64,000 bases of DNA, taken from the NCBI GenBank assembly GCA_030324005.1, contig JARDVH010000163.1:90042238-90106237 (forward strand), in the 5' to 3' direction. Of this stretch, positions 38,073-50,070 are shown in pieces. Made by a program: the position numbers and the translations under genes. The notes beneath the pieces are model-generated. The model saw only the letters and a list, made by a program, of their open reading frames with translations, did not search any database and was not told the DNA's origin. Source of the DNA: Negaprion brevirostris (lineage: Eukaryota). Positions within the stretch are counted from its first letter, which is position 1. Every line of letters starts with the position of its first letter.

Positions 38073-39199
38073 GTAAGCAACTTATTTGACTTTTGTCGTG
38101 TAATATTTAGAAACACATCTATATATTAGAGCTGAATGAAGGATTCCAAACGTTTGTAGTCATGCTACATTCTGTTTCACTGCATTTGATTCATTTTATT
38201 GTATGATGTACTGTAGAAGAGTGCTGTGATTCCTATTCAGTTCCATTTATGGCCAGAATAACAGAAATAATTGTAAAACCAGAATATATCCATTTAAAAA
38301 ACATTTCTTTCAGAAAAATGCCCTAAGGGTGACAGCATTTTGCCATAAATACTGGTAAATATCCAGGATTCTGGGTCTTGCCCAGAAATTGACTAATTTC
38401 CTGACTTTTGTTTAACTGACCTTGACAGTGTGCGTAAGAGTAGAGTTTCATCACCTTGTACTTTGTTTAGCTCCTTGAAGAACTTCATCCCTCCGGAAAA
38501 GCAGCGTGCATAAAACAAACTGCATGTGACTGATTCATGACCATCTGGTACAATGTTGGCTGCAATGTCTTGTGTCACTTTGGTTTCAAAGCAATTGCAT
38601 AATGTACTGGATTTTGTGGTAGTAATGGTGGTGAAACTGTCAGCATTTGTCATTATTACTCCCCTAAAACTGACAGCAACTCTGGAATTAGAATAGCTAA
38701 ATGCAGAAATCCAGAATTTGCTGTCACCGATTCTACGATTCTCCAGGGATGCGCTGTCGAAACATTCTAGGACTTCAGTAAATTGGAAATGTCCAAACTG
38801 ACNNNNNNNNNNNNTTCTTAGACTCTTCGTCTCATTGTAAAAAACCCTTGGAAAATGTGGTGCCACATTGAACGATGTGCAATTGCATTTTTAATGGCAT
38901 TCTATTTTCATAATCATGCTTTACTAAAAACCACAGTAGTTGTTTTGTATTTGTTGAATTACAAATTATTACATTTTGATAAATCTACAATTCAAAGCAG
39001 AGATTTGTTTCTTTTGTCTTGTTTTCCTATCTATCACCAAAGTTGTGTCGGCAAACATGGGAAGCTAATTGGCACACTAAGGTCTCTCAGATAGCACTGA
39101 AATAAGAGTGGTTAATTGTTTTGGCACTATTGATTGATGAATGGTTGTAGGGTCAGCACACAGTGAGAGAATTCTCTGCTCGTCCTCAAATAGGCAGGC

Positions 39200-39250
39200 T
39201 GGGGTTAGCATCTCAACTGAAGGATGGAACTTGTGACAATGTATTAGTTC
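39200..39250 (-). mobile_element. Short Deu-domain (DeuSINE) relic
   Basis: ggttagcatctcaactgaaggatggaacttgtgacaatgta resembles the reverse complement of the Deu-domain core. Confidence 0.4.
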
Positions 39251-39375
39251 ACAATAAATAATGTTATGAATCCTGCTGATGTTCATTGCAAAGGCACCCC
39301 AAATCCCAGAAGGCAAACATGAAATGCCGATTCATAACTATTTAATTTTGTGATTTGGAAAGAGTATAAGAGAAG

Positions 39376-39952
39376 TGTCGAAGCTCGGTGAGGAAAGGGG
39401 TCAGTCTTTTTATAAGTTATTCAAATAACAATATGTTTATTATATTTTAAAACACAAAAACACAAGGTAAAAGTAAATAAAAACATTTACAATTAACTAC
39501 AATAATAGTTATCCAGACAGTATACTTAAATTGCTCCCCAGTTCAACCCTGTCTACTTTCCTAAACTCTGAGAATGCCCCCAAAATAACATTGCATAGGG
39601 TTTTATACTGTAAGCCAAATCCAGTAAATAATTACCACATAGGACCTTTAGCTTTCTTTTATGAATCTTCTAGTTTACACTGGAACATTTTGGGTGCCTC
39701 AGAAGCATACATCTTTTGCTTTCTTTTCTTCACAACAGCTTGATTTTTTTCCTGAGAGAGCTCTGCTTTGCACCTGAGTGTGGCTATGGTCCAAATTTCA
39801 AATTGCTGGTTTCCTCATGCTTAATGAAGTAACTGTTCCACCCTGCTATAAGGCTAATCTACATCTCACTAGTTCCTAGGGCAGATAAATCCCCATCAGT
39901 TTATATGTTATTGTTTTATCTTTACTTATCATTTAATTCCAACTTCCTAACA
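39376..39952. mobile_element. Possible solo LTR
   Basis: TG...CA bounded ~580-bp non-coding block with a minus-strand AATAAA near the left end. No clear TSD. Confidence 0.4.
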
Positions 39953-39954
39953 AT

Positions 39955-41240
39955 AAAAAAGAGGAAATAGATGTAGGTTGCACAACACCTCTAGCTTGCT
40001 CTGTCATTCAATAAGATTATAGCCGATCTTTGACCTCAATTTCACCCTATTCCTATTTCACTTGCAATAATGTGCAGAAATCAGACCACCTCAGTCTTAA
40101 ATATATTCAAGAGTTGAGCATCCGTAGGTCTCTAGGGTGGAGATTTCCAAAGATTCTCAATTCTCGGAACAAAGGAGTTTCTTCCCATTTCAGTCATAAA
40201 TTGCTATCCACTTATCCTGAAACTATGACCCCTAGTTCCTGGCTCTGAAGCCCTCGAGTGCAAAAAAGGTATGCATTTCAATGAGAACATCTTCAACTTT
40301 ACTATTAGGGACTACATCAAAAACCCCAAGGTATATTGTGAAGTTAGACCAGACTGTAACGATTTTTTAAATTTTAGTTTAGTGTGAGGATAAGATGTTT
40401 CACTCCAGGTGTTTCATTGTCAAACTAGGAAGGTTTTATCAAAACAAACTTTAATAATTTTTCAATAATAGTTTAATTTTAAAGCTTAACTTTTACCAAT
40501 TGAAAAATGTTAACACGCCGAGATACAATTCTTAATTCTTAACCTATCGCCAGTAATTCTAATTTAGGTAATATTCCCTATAGACTTAAACTCTTCTTCA
40601 AAATCAGTTAGCAAACAACATAAGGCTTGCATGTTTTTACTTGTTAGCAACCTTAGAGCCTTTAAATGCTTCTGGAGACACACAGACAGAGAGACATCTG
40701 TCTTCTGACACTCAAACAGCAGCCTCCAGAGAGAGAGAGAGACACTTGCTTCTTTCAGGGTCAAGCAGAAACTAAAACTGTTTTTCCCTGTAAGCTTAGC
40801 TCTGCCCATTCACACAACTGTCTTTTGTCAATCAACTCAACTAAACCCTACTCTGAAACTCCAGGAGAAAAAACAGAATAAACAAAACTGTATTTGCTCA
40901 TATTAAAACAAATATCCCATTACCTGGGATCAGTTATTCTCTAGCAGTCTCAGCATGGAGCTGCCTGATTTGCAGACAGATCAGCACCAGAACTGACTTT
41001 TAAAAACAACCTTTACAAGAAACATAATATAAATACATTCCTTAAAGGCACATTATTATCAGACACTCAAATTCCAAAGAACATTGGACTATTCTATTTA
41101 ATGTCTCCTCACAGGATAACCCTTACGTTCCAAGAATCAATCTAATGAACCCTCATTTCAGGAATCAATCGAATGAACCCTCGTTGCACTAACCTCGAAG
41201 ACAAATATATCTCTGCTTGAGTAAGGAGAGCAAACTAAGT
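39955..41240 (-). mobile_element. Degenerate CR1 3' fragment split by an insertion
   Basis: CR1 tail at 39955-40040 and body to ~40295. CR1 resumes at ~41064 (ctcaaattcc...tctcctcacaggataaccc...aatctaatgaacc). Confidence 0.75.
40305..41063. mobile_element. Probable solo LTR nested inside CR1
   Basis: A ~760-bp non-coding block ending ...atcagaca that cleanly interrupts colinear CR1 sequence. Confidence 0.5.
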
Positions 41241-44200
41241 ATTCTGATTCACTGAAGGGTATTGGTCGAGAGCATGTGCTCTGTATATGGTGGTTGATCA
41301 AATACCCACCATACTCGGAGGTAAGAATGCAATTATTGATGTTTACAGGGACTGAATTGGGGAAAATTGCTGCTGGTCAAAAATGTAAACTGACTTTAAT
41401 TGCATTGAATGGACTTCCCCTAAACCAAGCTTTTCATTGAGAAACTTGAGCTTGGCCTTTGCAAATATTTTATCCCAGAATCACCATTCATTTGAAAGTA
41501 TGAGTAAGAGCCTCTCTGTGATAAAATAAGTTCTCCTTGTTGCCACTTTCAAGCTAAAAATCTGAAAACAATATGAGAATTGTAGCCACCCTCCATCAGT
41601 TTATTTGGCTTATCCATCAGCCTTGCCCGGTGTAGCTTAATGGGTGGTGAATCAAAAAAGGTTGGGCTTCAGAAGATGTTTTGGGGGAAATATGATATTG
41701 AGCATGAGGATTATTAATTTTCAGCTCAAGCTAAGCCTAATTCAGGATCTTAGTCTGAAGGAAGGTTGCAATCAGGAAAATTAAGCTGAAGAAGCATGTA
41801 GTTCAAGAAACCAAATTAGAGAAATATTGGAGAAGGCTTGCTGCAGCCATACCAGTAGATCAAAGTCATCATTTGAAAACAATCTACAAACTGGAGATTC
41901 ATATTGGGGCATCTATCCCAAAGCACTGAAAATGTAAGTGCAAAAGTTTAAATTAGGGTTAGCAAAGACAAGCAATTAGGTTTGAAGTCAAATGATTACA
42001 ATGAGAAAGAAGTTTCTATTTCATGGTGGGACTTGTTACAGAAGTCTACCAATTGACTCCAGCTTTTTCTTCCCGAGATTTAGTTTTGATTGGTATAGAT
42101 ACCCTATGTTTTTCTGAGAGGATGTGGTTTAGAATGAGTAATTTGATGCATTCATATTTTGGAGCTTTCTATTGATGGTGAGTGGACTTTTAAAGCCTTC
42201 AGTTTCAAGATTAATAGACTTCCATTGGATTGATTTGAGTTGAAGCTATTGAATCTAATCAACGATGAACTTCCATTGAAATTGTTCAAGCAAATCAATT
42301 TATGTGAATATAAAAGATGTATTTATTCATCCAAGATTATGCATGATTTTGTCAGTGCTCAGATTAAAACAGAATCCTGAGGAGAAAATGAATTTACCAT
42401 TGGTATATCTAAAGGGAAGGTCAGCATTTCTGATGTCAGTACGTTACTTACTTCTGAAAATTTTGAGATTCTTGTCTGTGAATTTATAAAGAAAAATAAT
42501 ATGCTGTATCTCTTATTTTTGAAAGGGAGAAAAATCCAAGGGTTTGTATATTATGCAAAAGAGATGTAAACTGATTGAGGAATATGTTGGAAAGTTGCCG
42601 AAGGAGGAGGAATGAGAGGGTGGGTGGTGAGAGGCATTCATGGTTGCAATGTATTTTATTCAAAAAGCAATTATTTTGATATTGACGTTATAGTACTTTT
42701 AAAAAGGGAACACTAACCTATTTTAATCTCAGTAATTCACCTAATAGGACATTGTTAATGCTCTATATTAAATGTGTTATGCTCTGGAATCAATAGTCTG
42801 TGGAACAGCTGTTAAAAAGACCTATAGTATGTTACTGGGATTGTACTTTGACTATATAAATTATTCATGACCAAACTGATACAGCATTAGCTACTAAGAA
42901 CCTAATATGAAAGTAAAAGACTTGCTCTATCTTCATAATCTCTGAAAAAGCTGCAGTGAAATTCAAGCCACTCGCATGTGCTGCCCTGTCTTAAAGTAAT
43001 GTGATATTAGAGCATTTGAATGGACTAAGTAAGGGCATATAAAAGAACCTTGATTTTTTTTTGATCTGTCCAAAATGACTTGCACCTGAAAAGAAAGTGG
43101 TTATTGATCTTCGTAATGCTTCAAGCTTCTTATTAGGTGATGGCTGTATCTGCATTTGACTGTGGTATGCTGTATCGTGGTGAGTGATTGGCAACAGTTT
43201 AGTATTTTTATCACTGTATTGTAGTTTGAAGTGTTTGTTTTTTCAAGATTCTTGATGCCGTGTTAAACTTTATTTTTAAATAAATGGACAATGACAAGTG
43301 ATAGAAATCTGCTTGACCTGTATTTGGGATAACCCAAGGTGACAAATGCATTTGTTCCTTTATGGTTGAATGCATAGTTTATTAATTTCTTTTAGGGTAA
43401 GAAAACCGGTAATAACATTTCCTTTTAAAAATCACATACTTCATCTTGCCACTAAAGTTAAGCAATAAGAAAAATATAAACTAATTAATAGCTGTTCACA
43501 TTCATGATCTCATGCTGAGATTTTATTGTTTGAGCTGAATTTAGCAGATTGCAGTGCATTTCTATTTAATTCCCAATTTTTAAAAATTAATTTTTAAAGG
43601 TTTTTTTAACCAAAGTTACTATTTTCTTTTAGGCAGAAATCTGCCACCAATGCACTTAATATTCAACATTTTCTCGCATGGTTTCACAACTTTGGACAGG
43701 GCAGCTGATGATGTGCATAGATTCATATTTTAATCTCAGAAAAGACCCATTTTGTGAAGCTTTGAAATGGCAGCTGGATTTGTAGCCTATTCCAGTGAAA
43801 GCAGATATTGAATTTCAAATACAAACTCATGCATGTGAAGCTGAGACTCATCTGACTTGCCTGTACTGCCTATAACCTAATCAACAAGCAACAGCTGAAA
43901 TGTTGTATCCTGACCGATTCAATGATGTCACTTATAAATGAAGATGTACTTATTTTCAATTGATAACAAGTGCAGGAAGGCCGTGGCTCATAACTGTCTT
44001 AAGTTTTATGAAAATTAATTTGTTAGCCAGATACTTTGAAAATATGAAATAATTGTTTAATATTTTGTTCTTGGGTGGATTGTAATGAGTCATGGAAGTT
44101 GCTTGACACAGTATTTATTGAGGCACTAGAAGAAGTAATTTAATTAAAATCAGATCTGCGTTGTATTTGTGATTTAATACAAATGATCTACAAAAAGATA

Positions 44201-44948
44201 AAGATGACATAAATAATTGATAATGGCAGAATATGCCTCGCTTCTGTTGGATTGAATTACGTTTGTGACAATGATTAAAATAACAATGCATTGTTAGATT
44301 TCAGATAAAGCTGTTACATTTTAGGCTGATTTCTTGTAGTTGGAAATCAGCAACTATCAATAGAATAACCAATTGCCATTTTTAGCTCTAAAAATTGGAA
44401 ATGTGTCATATAAGCTGTGGTTTTCTCCTCGGTACTTGTCTTTTCATAGAAGAGTGAATCATCCTACTTGCAGCAATGTGCAAAAGAAAATGTTTGGTTG
44501 TTTTGAAGTTTAGAGCACTGGGTGAGGAAATTTCTGAATTGATAAACTCAGTGGTTGGCTCCCGAGAGACCAATTATAAAGGGCCTCAAGGTTGTTTATT
44601 TTAGCCTTGGTGCTTTTTTTAATAACACCTCTCTCGGTAAACTGCATATACGAGACCATCTTCCTTTGTATGAGGTTTCAGTTGAATGTCCATTATAGTC
44701 TTTTACCACTTATTTATGTGACTTTTGAGTAATATGTCATCATAGAAAGCACTCCAGAGAAATTGGCTGTAATGTAGCCAAAATAAACACCTTTTAGTAA
44801 TTGGATGGTGAGTTGCAAATTAACGTTGTTCAGTATATAAACAAAGCATCATTCAGCAATATGATTGTTATTTCAAGATAAATATGTTTGCAAGATATAT
44901 TACATTCTCCATATTAATTTTCCTCTTTTAGTGCCCTATTCATCAATT

Positions 44949-45230
44949 GGGGCGGCATGGTAGCACAGTGGTTAGCATTGCTGTTTCCACAGCACCAGGG
45001 ACCCTGAGTTCGTTTCCCAGCTTAGGTCATTGTCTGTGTGGAGTTTGCATATTCTCCCCATGTCTGTGTGGTTTCCTCCAGTTACTCCAGTTTCCTTCCA
45101 CATTCTGAAAGACAGACTGGTTAGGTGCATTGACCCGAACAGGCACTGGATTGTGGTGACTAGGGGAATTTCACGGGAACTTTGTTGCAGTGTTAATGTA
45201 AGCCTCACTTGTGACTAATAAATAAACTTT
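44949..45230 (+). mobile_element. Full-length tRNA-derived V-SINE with a non-CR1 tail
   Basis: ggggcggcatggtagcacagtggttagc, B box gagttcgtttccc, V-domain, and tail gactaggggaatttcac...gtgactaataaataaac. Confidence 0.92.
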
Positions 45231-46449
45231 TATATTGGTATAGGTCATTGAAAGTGAGGTGAATAAGTAGTTTTAGAACATTTTTGATGAAATTTGTGTG
45301 TATTGAGATGAGGGATGTCATTTCCAGGCAAATAAGCATTTATCATAGCTAGGATAGGCCACATGTTATAGTCGTAGACATAGTAAATCTCTTGACATAC
45401 ACTGCAATGTTCCTGAAAATCAAATTGAAAATATTTCTCACTGCCATGGCACTCTTAATATATATTCCCATTTTTTGGTCACCTTTCTGAATTCTGCTAA
45501 TTTAGTGGTGAACTATGAAGTATTTTAGTTTCCTATTCCTGCACAGATGCAAAATTGCATTGACAGTATCTATCTCATTGCAATTGAAATCGTTTTCAGT
45601 TNNNNNNNNNNNNNNNNNNNNNNNNNNNNNNNNNNNNNNNNNNNNNNNNNNNNNNNNNNNNNNNNNNNNNNNNNNNNNNNNNNNNNNNNNNNNNNNNNNN
45701 NNNNNNNNNNNNNNNNNNNNNNNNNNNNNNNNNNNNNNNNNNNNNNNNNNNNNNNNNNNNNNNNNNNNNNNNNNNNNNNNNNNNNNNNNNNNNNNNNNNN
45801 NNNNNNNNNNNNNNNNNNNNNNNNNNNNNNNNNNNNNNNNNNNNNNNNNNNNNNNNNNNNNNNNNNNNNNNNNNNNNNNNNNNNNNNNNNNNNNNNNNNN
45901 NNNNNNNNNNNNNNNNNNNNNNNNNNNNNNNNNNNNNNNNNNNNNNNNNNNNNNNNNNNNNNNNNNNNNNNNNNNNNNNNNNNNNNNNNNNNNNNNNNNN
46001 NNNNNNNNNNNNNNNNNNNNNNNNNNNNNNNNNNNNNNNNNNNNNNNNNNNNNNNNNNNNNNNNNNNNNNNNNNNNNNNNNNNNNNNNNNNNNNNNNNNN
46101 NNNNNNNNNNNNNNNNNNNNNNNNNNNNNNNNNNNNNNNNNNNNNNNNNNNNNNNNNNNNNNNNNNNNNNNNNNNNNNNNNNNNNNNNNNNNNNNNNNNN
46201 NNNNNNNNNNNNNNNNNNNNNNNNNNNNNNNNNNNNNNNNNNNNNNNNNNNNNNNNNNNNNNNNNNNNNNNNNNNNNNNNNNNNNNNNNNNNNNNNNNNN
46301 NNNNNNNNNNNNNNNNNNNNNNNNNNNNNNNNNNNNNNNNNNNNNNNNNNNNNNNNNNNNNNNNNNNNNNNNNNNNNNNNNNNNNNNNNNNNNNNNNNNN
46401 NNNNNNNNNNNNNNNNNNNNNNNNNNNNNNNNNNNNNNNNNNNNNNCCA

Positions 46450-46920
46450 CCACTTTAAAAATTAATCCCTCTACACCAGTGCACAGTGGTGGTAGTGCAT
46501 ACCACCTACAACATGCATTGCAGCAATTTTCAAGCTTCCTTCAACAATATCTCCCAAACCCAACAACATTTACCATTTAAATGGTCAAGGGCAGCAGATG
46601 CCTAATGGTCACCAATGGATCTACTATTTCCAGGGCTACGTCCTTAGGTATCAGGCCCTGGAGATTTAACCACCTTCAATCCCATCAATTTCCCCCAAAC
46701 CATTTCTCTACTAATGCTGATCTCCATTGTTATTTCCTACCTTCCAACTGACATGGGAATGAAGGGAACATCAGAACTAGAATAGAAGATGACCCAGGAG
46801 GGTGAAAGAAATGAAGGAATCAGAGACTGGTAAGGGCAGCAGGGGAACACAATCACCTGCAAGTTTGTCTCCATATCACACTGACCAGGACTTACATTGC
46901 CTTTGCTTTACTGTCACAGA
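46450..46920 (+). mobile_element. 3' fragment of the second LINE family, interrupted at 46604-46833
   Basis: Colinear with 62640-62860 on both sides of the insert. Confidence 0.7.
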
Positions 46921-47904
46921 CACCATGAGATTGTTGACTTAAACAGCACTCCTCACACTAGTCGTCCATCAACAAAAGATGCTTTTACTTTGCTTCCCCC
47001 TTTAGAAGCTGTGTCAGGTTTCCCAAAGCCTCAGTTTTGGTGGGATCTAATTTTCTATTAACCACTGCACAGCAAACTTGAGATAGGATGAATTCAGAAG
47101 GTTAGTTTATTTGAACACACTGAAACTAGAGGAGGAGGGGAACAATGTTGCCTCTTCTGCACTCGTACAGTAAAAGAGGGATAGTTAAAAATGAGATTTA
47201 CATTGCACAGATCACATAGAAAATAAGTACTATTTCACACAGATCCAGATTCTGGAATCAAAGTCCAATGAGGTATCCCTTCACACACAGCTTGGTGGGT
47301 TGAAAACCGATACTGTATATTTACTTTTCTGGTGGAATTAACTTCACATGAGGAGATAGGTAGGCAGAGATCTATCAGTCTTTTAGATGAGGGTACAGAA
47401 TTTCCAGTAGAAACCGTGTAGATGGGGTTAGGCATAACAAAGCACAGCAGAGAACACTGAAACTGCAGTACATGGAAGGTGATGTTTGTTCTGCATTCTC
47501 AGAGAAGGTGGAGTGGTATGAGGAAGAGCCTGATTTGTCCAAGATGTCTGGAGACGTTCATCCAGCTGCCAGAGCAGCCCACAATATTCTCAGGTATGCT
47601 TATCTGAGACAACCTGAATGAGTGAAACTAGATGGCACCACTGAAATTACTGCCACACCACCACAACACAAAGCATTACCAGTCTCCGATTCCTTCATTT
47701 CTTTCACCCTCCTAGGTCATCTTCCATTCTAGTTCTGATGTTCCCTTCACTCCCATGTCAGTTGGAAGGTGCAGGTAACAATGGAGATCAGCATTAATAG
47801 AGAAAAGGTTTGGGGGAAATTGATGGGATTGAAGGTGGATAAATCTCTAGGACTTGATACTTAAGGAAGTAGCTCTGGAAATAGTTGATCCTTTGGTGGT
47901 CATT
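46604..47904. repeat. ~230-bp inverted repeat pair (46604-46833 and 47676-47904)
   Basis: The reverse complement of 47676-47904 aligns end to end with 46604-46833, with scattered substitutions. Confidence 0.95.
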
Positions 47905-48108
47905 TTCCAAAATTCTTTGGACTCTGGACTGGTTCTGACAGATTGGAGGGTCACTAATGTAACCCCACTTTTCAAAAAGGGAGGTAGAGAGAAAACTGGA
48001 AACTGTAGATCAGTGAGCCTAACGTCAGCACTGGGAAAGTTGCTAGAGTCCATTATCTAGGATTCCACAACTCAGCATTTGGAAAGCAGTGGTATAATCA
48101 GACAAAGT
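47783..48108 (+). mobile_element. CR1 RT fragment
   Basis: LKEVALEIVDPLVVIFQNSLDSG...DWRVTNVTPLFKKGGREKTGNCRSVSLTS. Confidence 0.93.
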
Positions 48109-48248
48109 CCCAAGATGTGTCAGCTGGGAGATTAGTGGGGTAAATACCTGGGGTTATGAAGATAGGATCTGGATGGGATGCTTTGTCAGAAAGTTAGTGC
48201 AGACTTGATGGGCTGAATGGCCTGCTTCTGCACTGCAGGGATTCTATG
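48108..48248 (+). mobile_element. HE1-type SINE 3' fragment
   Basis: tcccaagatgtg...gatgggctgaatggcctgcttctgcactgcagggattctatga. Confidence 0.8.
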
Positions 48249-48249
48249 A

Positions 48250-48830
48250 ATAAAGCCTGTAGTATTCTGGATTTTATTGATAGGAGAATAGAGTACAAGA
48301 TCATGGAGGTTATGCTGAATTTACACAAGCCAGTAGTTAGACTTCAGCTGGAATACTGTATAGAGTTGTGGGCACCACAGCAGAGGAAAGATGTGAATGC
48401 ATTGGAGAGAGTGCAGAGGACATTTACGAGAATGAATTCAGGGATGAAAAAGTTCAGATACAAGAATAGATTAAAGAATTTGGGAGTGTTCCCCTTGGAG
48501 AGGAGAAGCTATGAGTAGATTTGATAGAGATGTTCAAAATTATGTGGGGGCTGAACTGAGTAGATAGAAACAAATTGTTTCCCTTCATAAATGATCAAGA
48601 ACGAGAGGGTGCAGATCTAAGGTGATTTGCAAAAGAAACAAATGTGATGTGAGAAAAATTGCTGTCACACACTGAGTAGTTCAGGTCTGGAATGCATTGT
48701 CTGGAATTGTGGTGGAAGCAGATTCAATCAAAGCATTCAAGAAGGCATTAAATGATTGTTTCTATTCAAGTAATGTGCAGGGGTATGGAGAAAAGGCAGG
48801 ACAATGTCATTAAATCATGATGCTCATTTG
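48250..48830 (+). mobile_element. CR1 3' fragment
   Basis: VRLQLEYCIELWAPQQRKDVNALERVQRTFTRM. Confidence 0.93.
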
Positions 48831-49869
48831 GAAACTGATTTTTAGCCTCTCACTACCCACTGACCAAGCTTCTTACTGCTGGCAGGACTGGAAGATTTCA
48901 CACGTCAACTTTGTTTCTCTTCAAAGACCTAACTAGAAGTACTTCCAGCAGTTATTTATTTTTATTTCATATTTTTACAATCTGTTATTTTGCATTTGTA
49001 TAAATCCTTCCTGTTTAGTTTTCTATGATTTCAATGTGGTGTAGATTGGAGCCAGGTTACTCAATCCCAGCTCTAACAGCTATGATGCACATGGCAGATG
49101 TCCTCTGGATTTTAAAGCCCATGAGGACCCTGCCAAAGAATGTCACACTTGCTGCTGTATAGGGGCAGACTCAGTCATCAAGATAGGAGGCAACATGTAC
49201 GTATCTGTGGCTAGGTGGGTCAAGAGGTGAGAAATTGTCATGCATTGAGCAAAATTTCCACTCCATTTTGCCTTTTCCCTATCTTCTCTGCTAGTCAATT
49301 GCTAGAGAGCACTTTTTCTCCACTTAACTGAGTTGCTAAACAGTCAAAACCATGCTTTCCTCCTTCCTGTTTAAACAATAAATAGAGTGTGTGTATCATT
49401 GGGCAGGGCCAGCTTACGTTCAGTTGCCTGTCACATCAAATGATACATGAAGTTGGCCACTCTTTCCATGTTGGTTGACATCTGTGCAAATGCCCACAAA
49501 CGTTATGACATTCATGGACTGCACTCTCTAAGGGCAGTCCATTATGCCTGGAACTGCTGAAATAACCTCATGCTTTTGCTGTTGTTCCTTCAGAGTAAAC
49601 TTCAAGAAGAAAAGCAGAGAGTTATGAGTGCATGAATGGACTGTTACACATGGAAACAATGACAGCCAAGTGACTGTGATGAATGCGTGTGAGATGGCAA
49701 TAATATGGTGGTGAGCATCATTATTGGCGGTTCAGAGGGGGTTTATGAGGAGAAACCTTGTGAGAAAGGGACGGTTAGAATTGAAAAGCGTGTTGGTCTA
49801 AAGAATGCTGTGCAGCAAAATGTTGGGGAAATCAGGTTGTGGGGCTTCGCACCTGAATGCATTAAGCCA

Positions 49870-50070
49870 CTTACTTTTCCTGTCCTGATATGGTCATTGA
49901 ATTTCTTGCACTGATTCCAGCACAATAGACCACAGTCCTGCTGCTCAGCTTCCTCAGCTACTTCATCCTTTGGCTTACAAGGCTGGCCTTTTCCCCCCAT
50001 GAGAAGAATTCTTCTGTTTGGCCACTCTCAGCCTACAGCATGACCTCCAGATAATCATCAGACTTATGTA
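49870..50070 (-). mobile_element. Harbinger Myb/SANT-like DNA-binding ORF relic, within a GC-rich region at ~49050-50560
   Basis: The minus strand reads SDDYLEVML*A...GKGQ...DEVAEE...WNQCKKFNDHIRTGK, followed by a gtaagt donor. This matches the FSxxxLE / W..VA / QCRKxFNDL trihelix pattern. Confidence 0.7.

Noticed and set aside
38393-38866. 157-aa minus-strand ORF
   Set aside because: It has no recognisable domain, spans a gap, and lies antisense to better-supported plus-strand splice signals.
45515-46465. Long ORFs of 150-316 aa here and at 9538-10271, 23864-24526 and 56083-56596
   Set aside because: They are artefacts of translating N gaps as X.
47010-47670. Possible solo LTR between the inverted repeats
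   Set aside because: TG...CA ends can be drawn, but there is no TSD and no second copy to support them.
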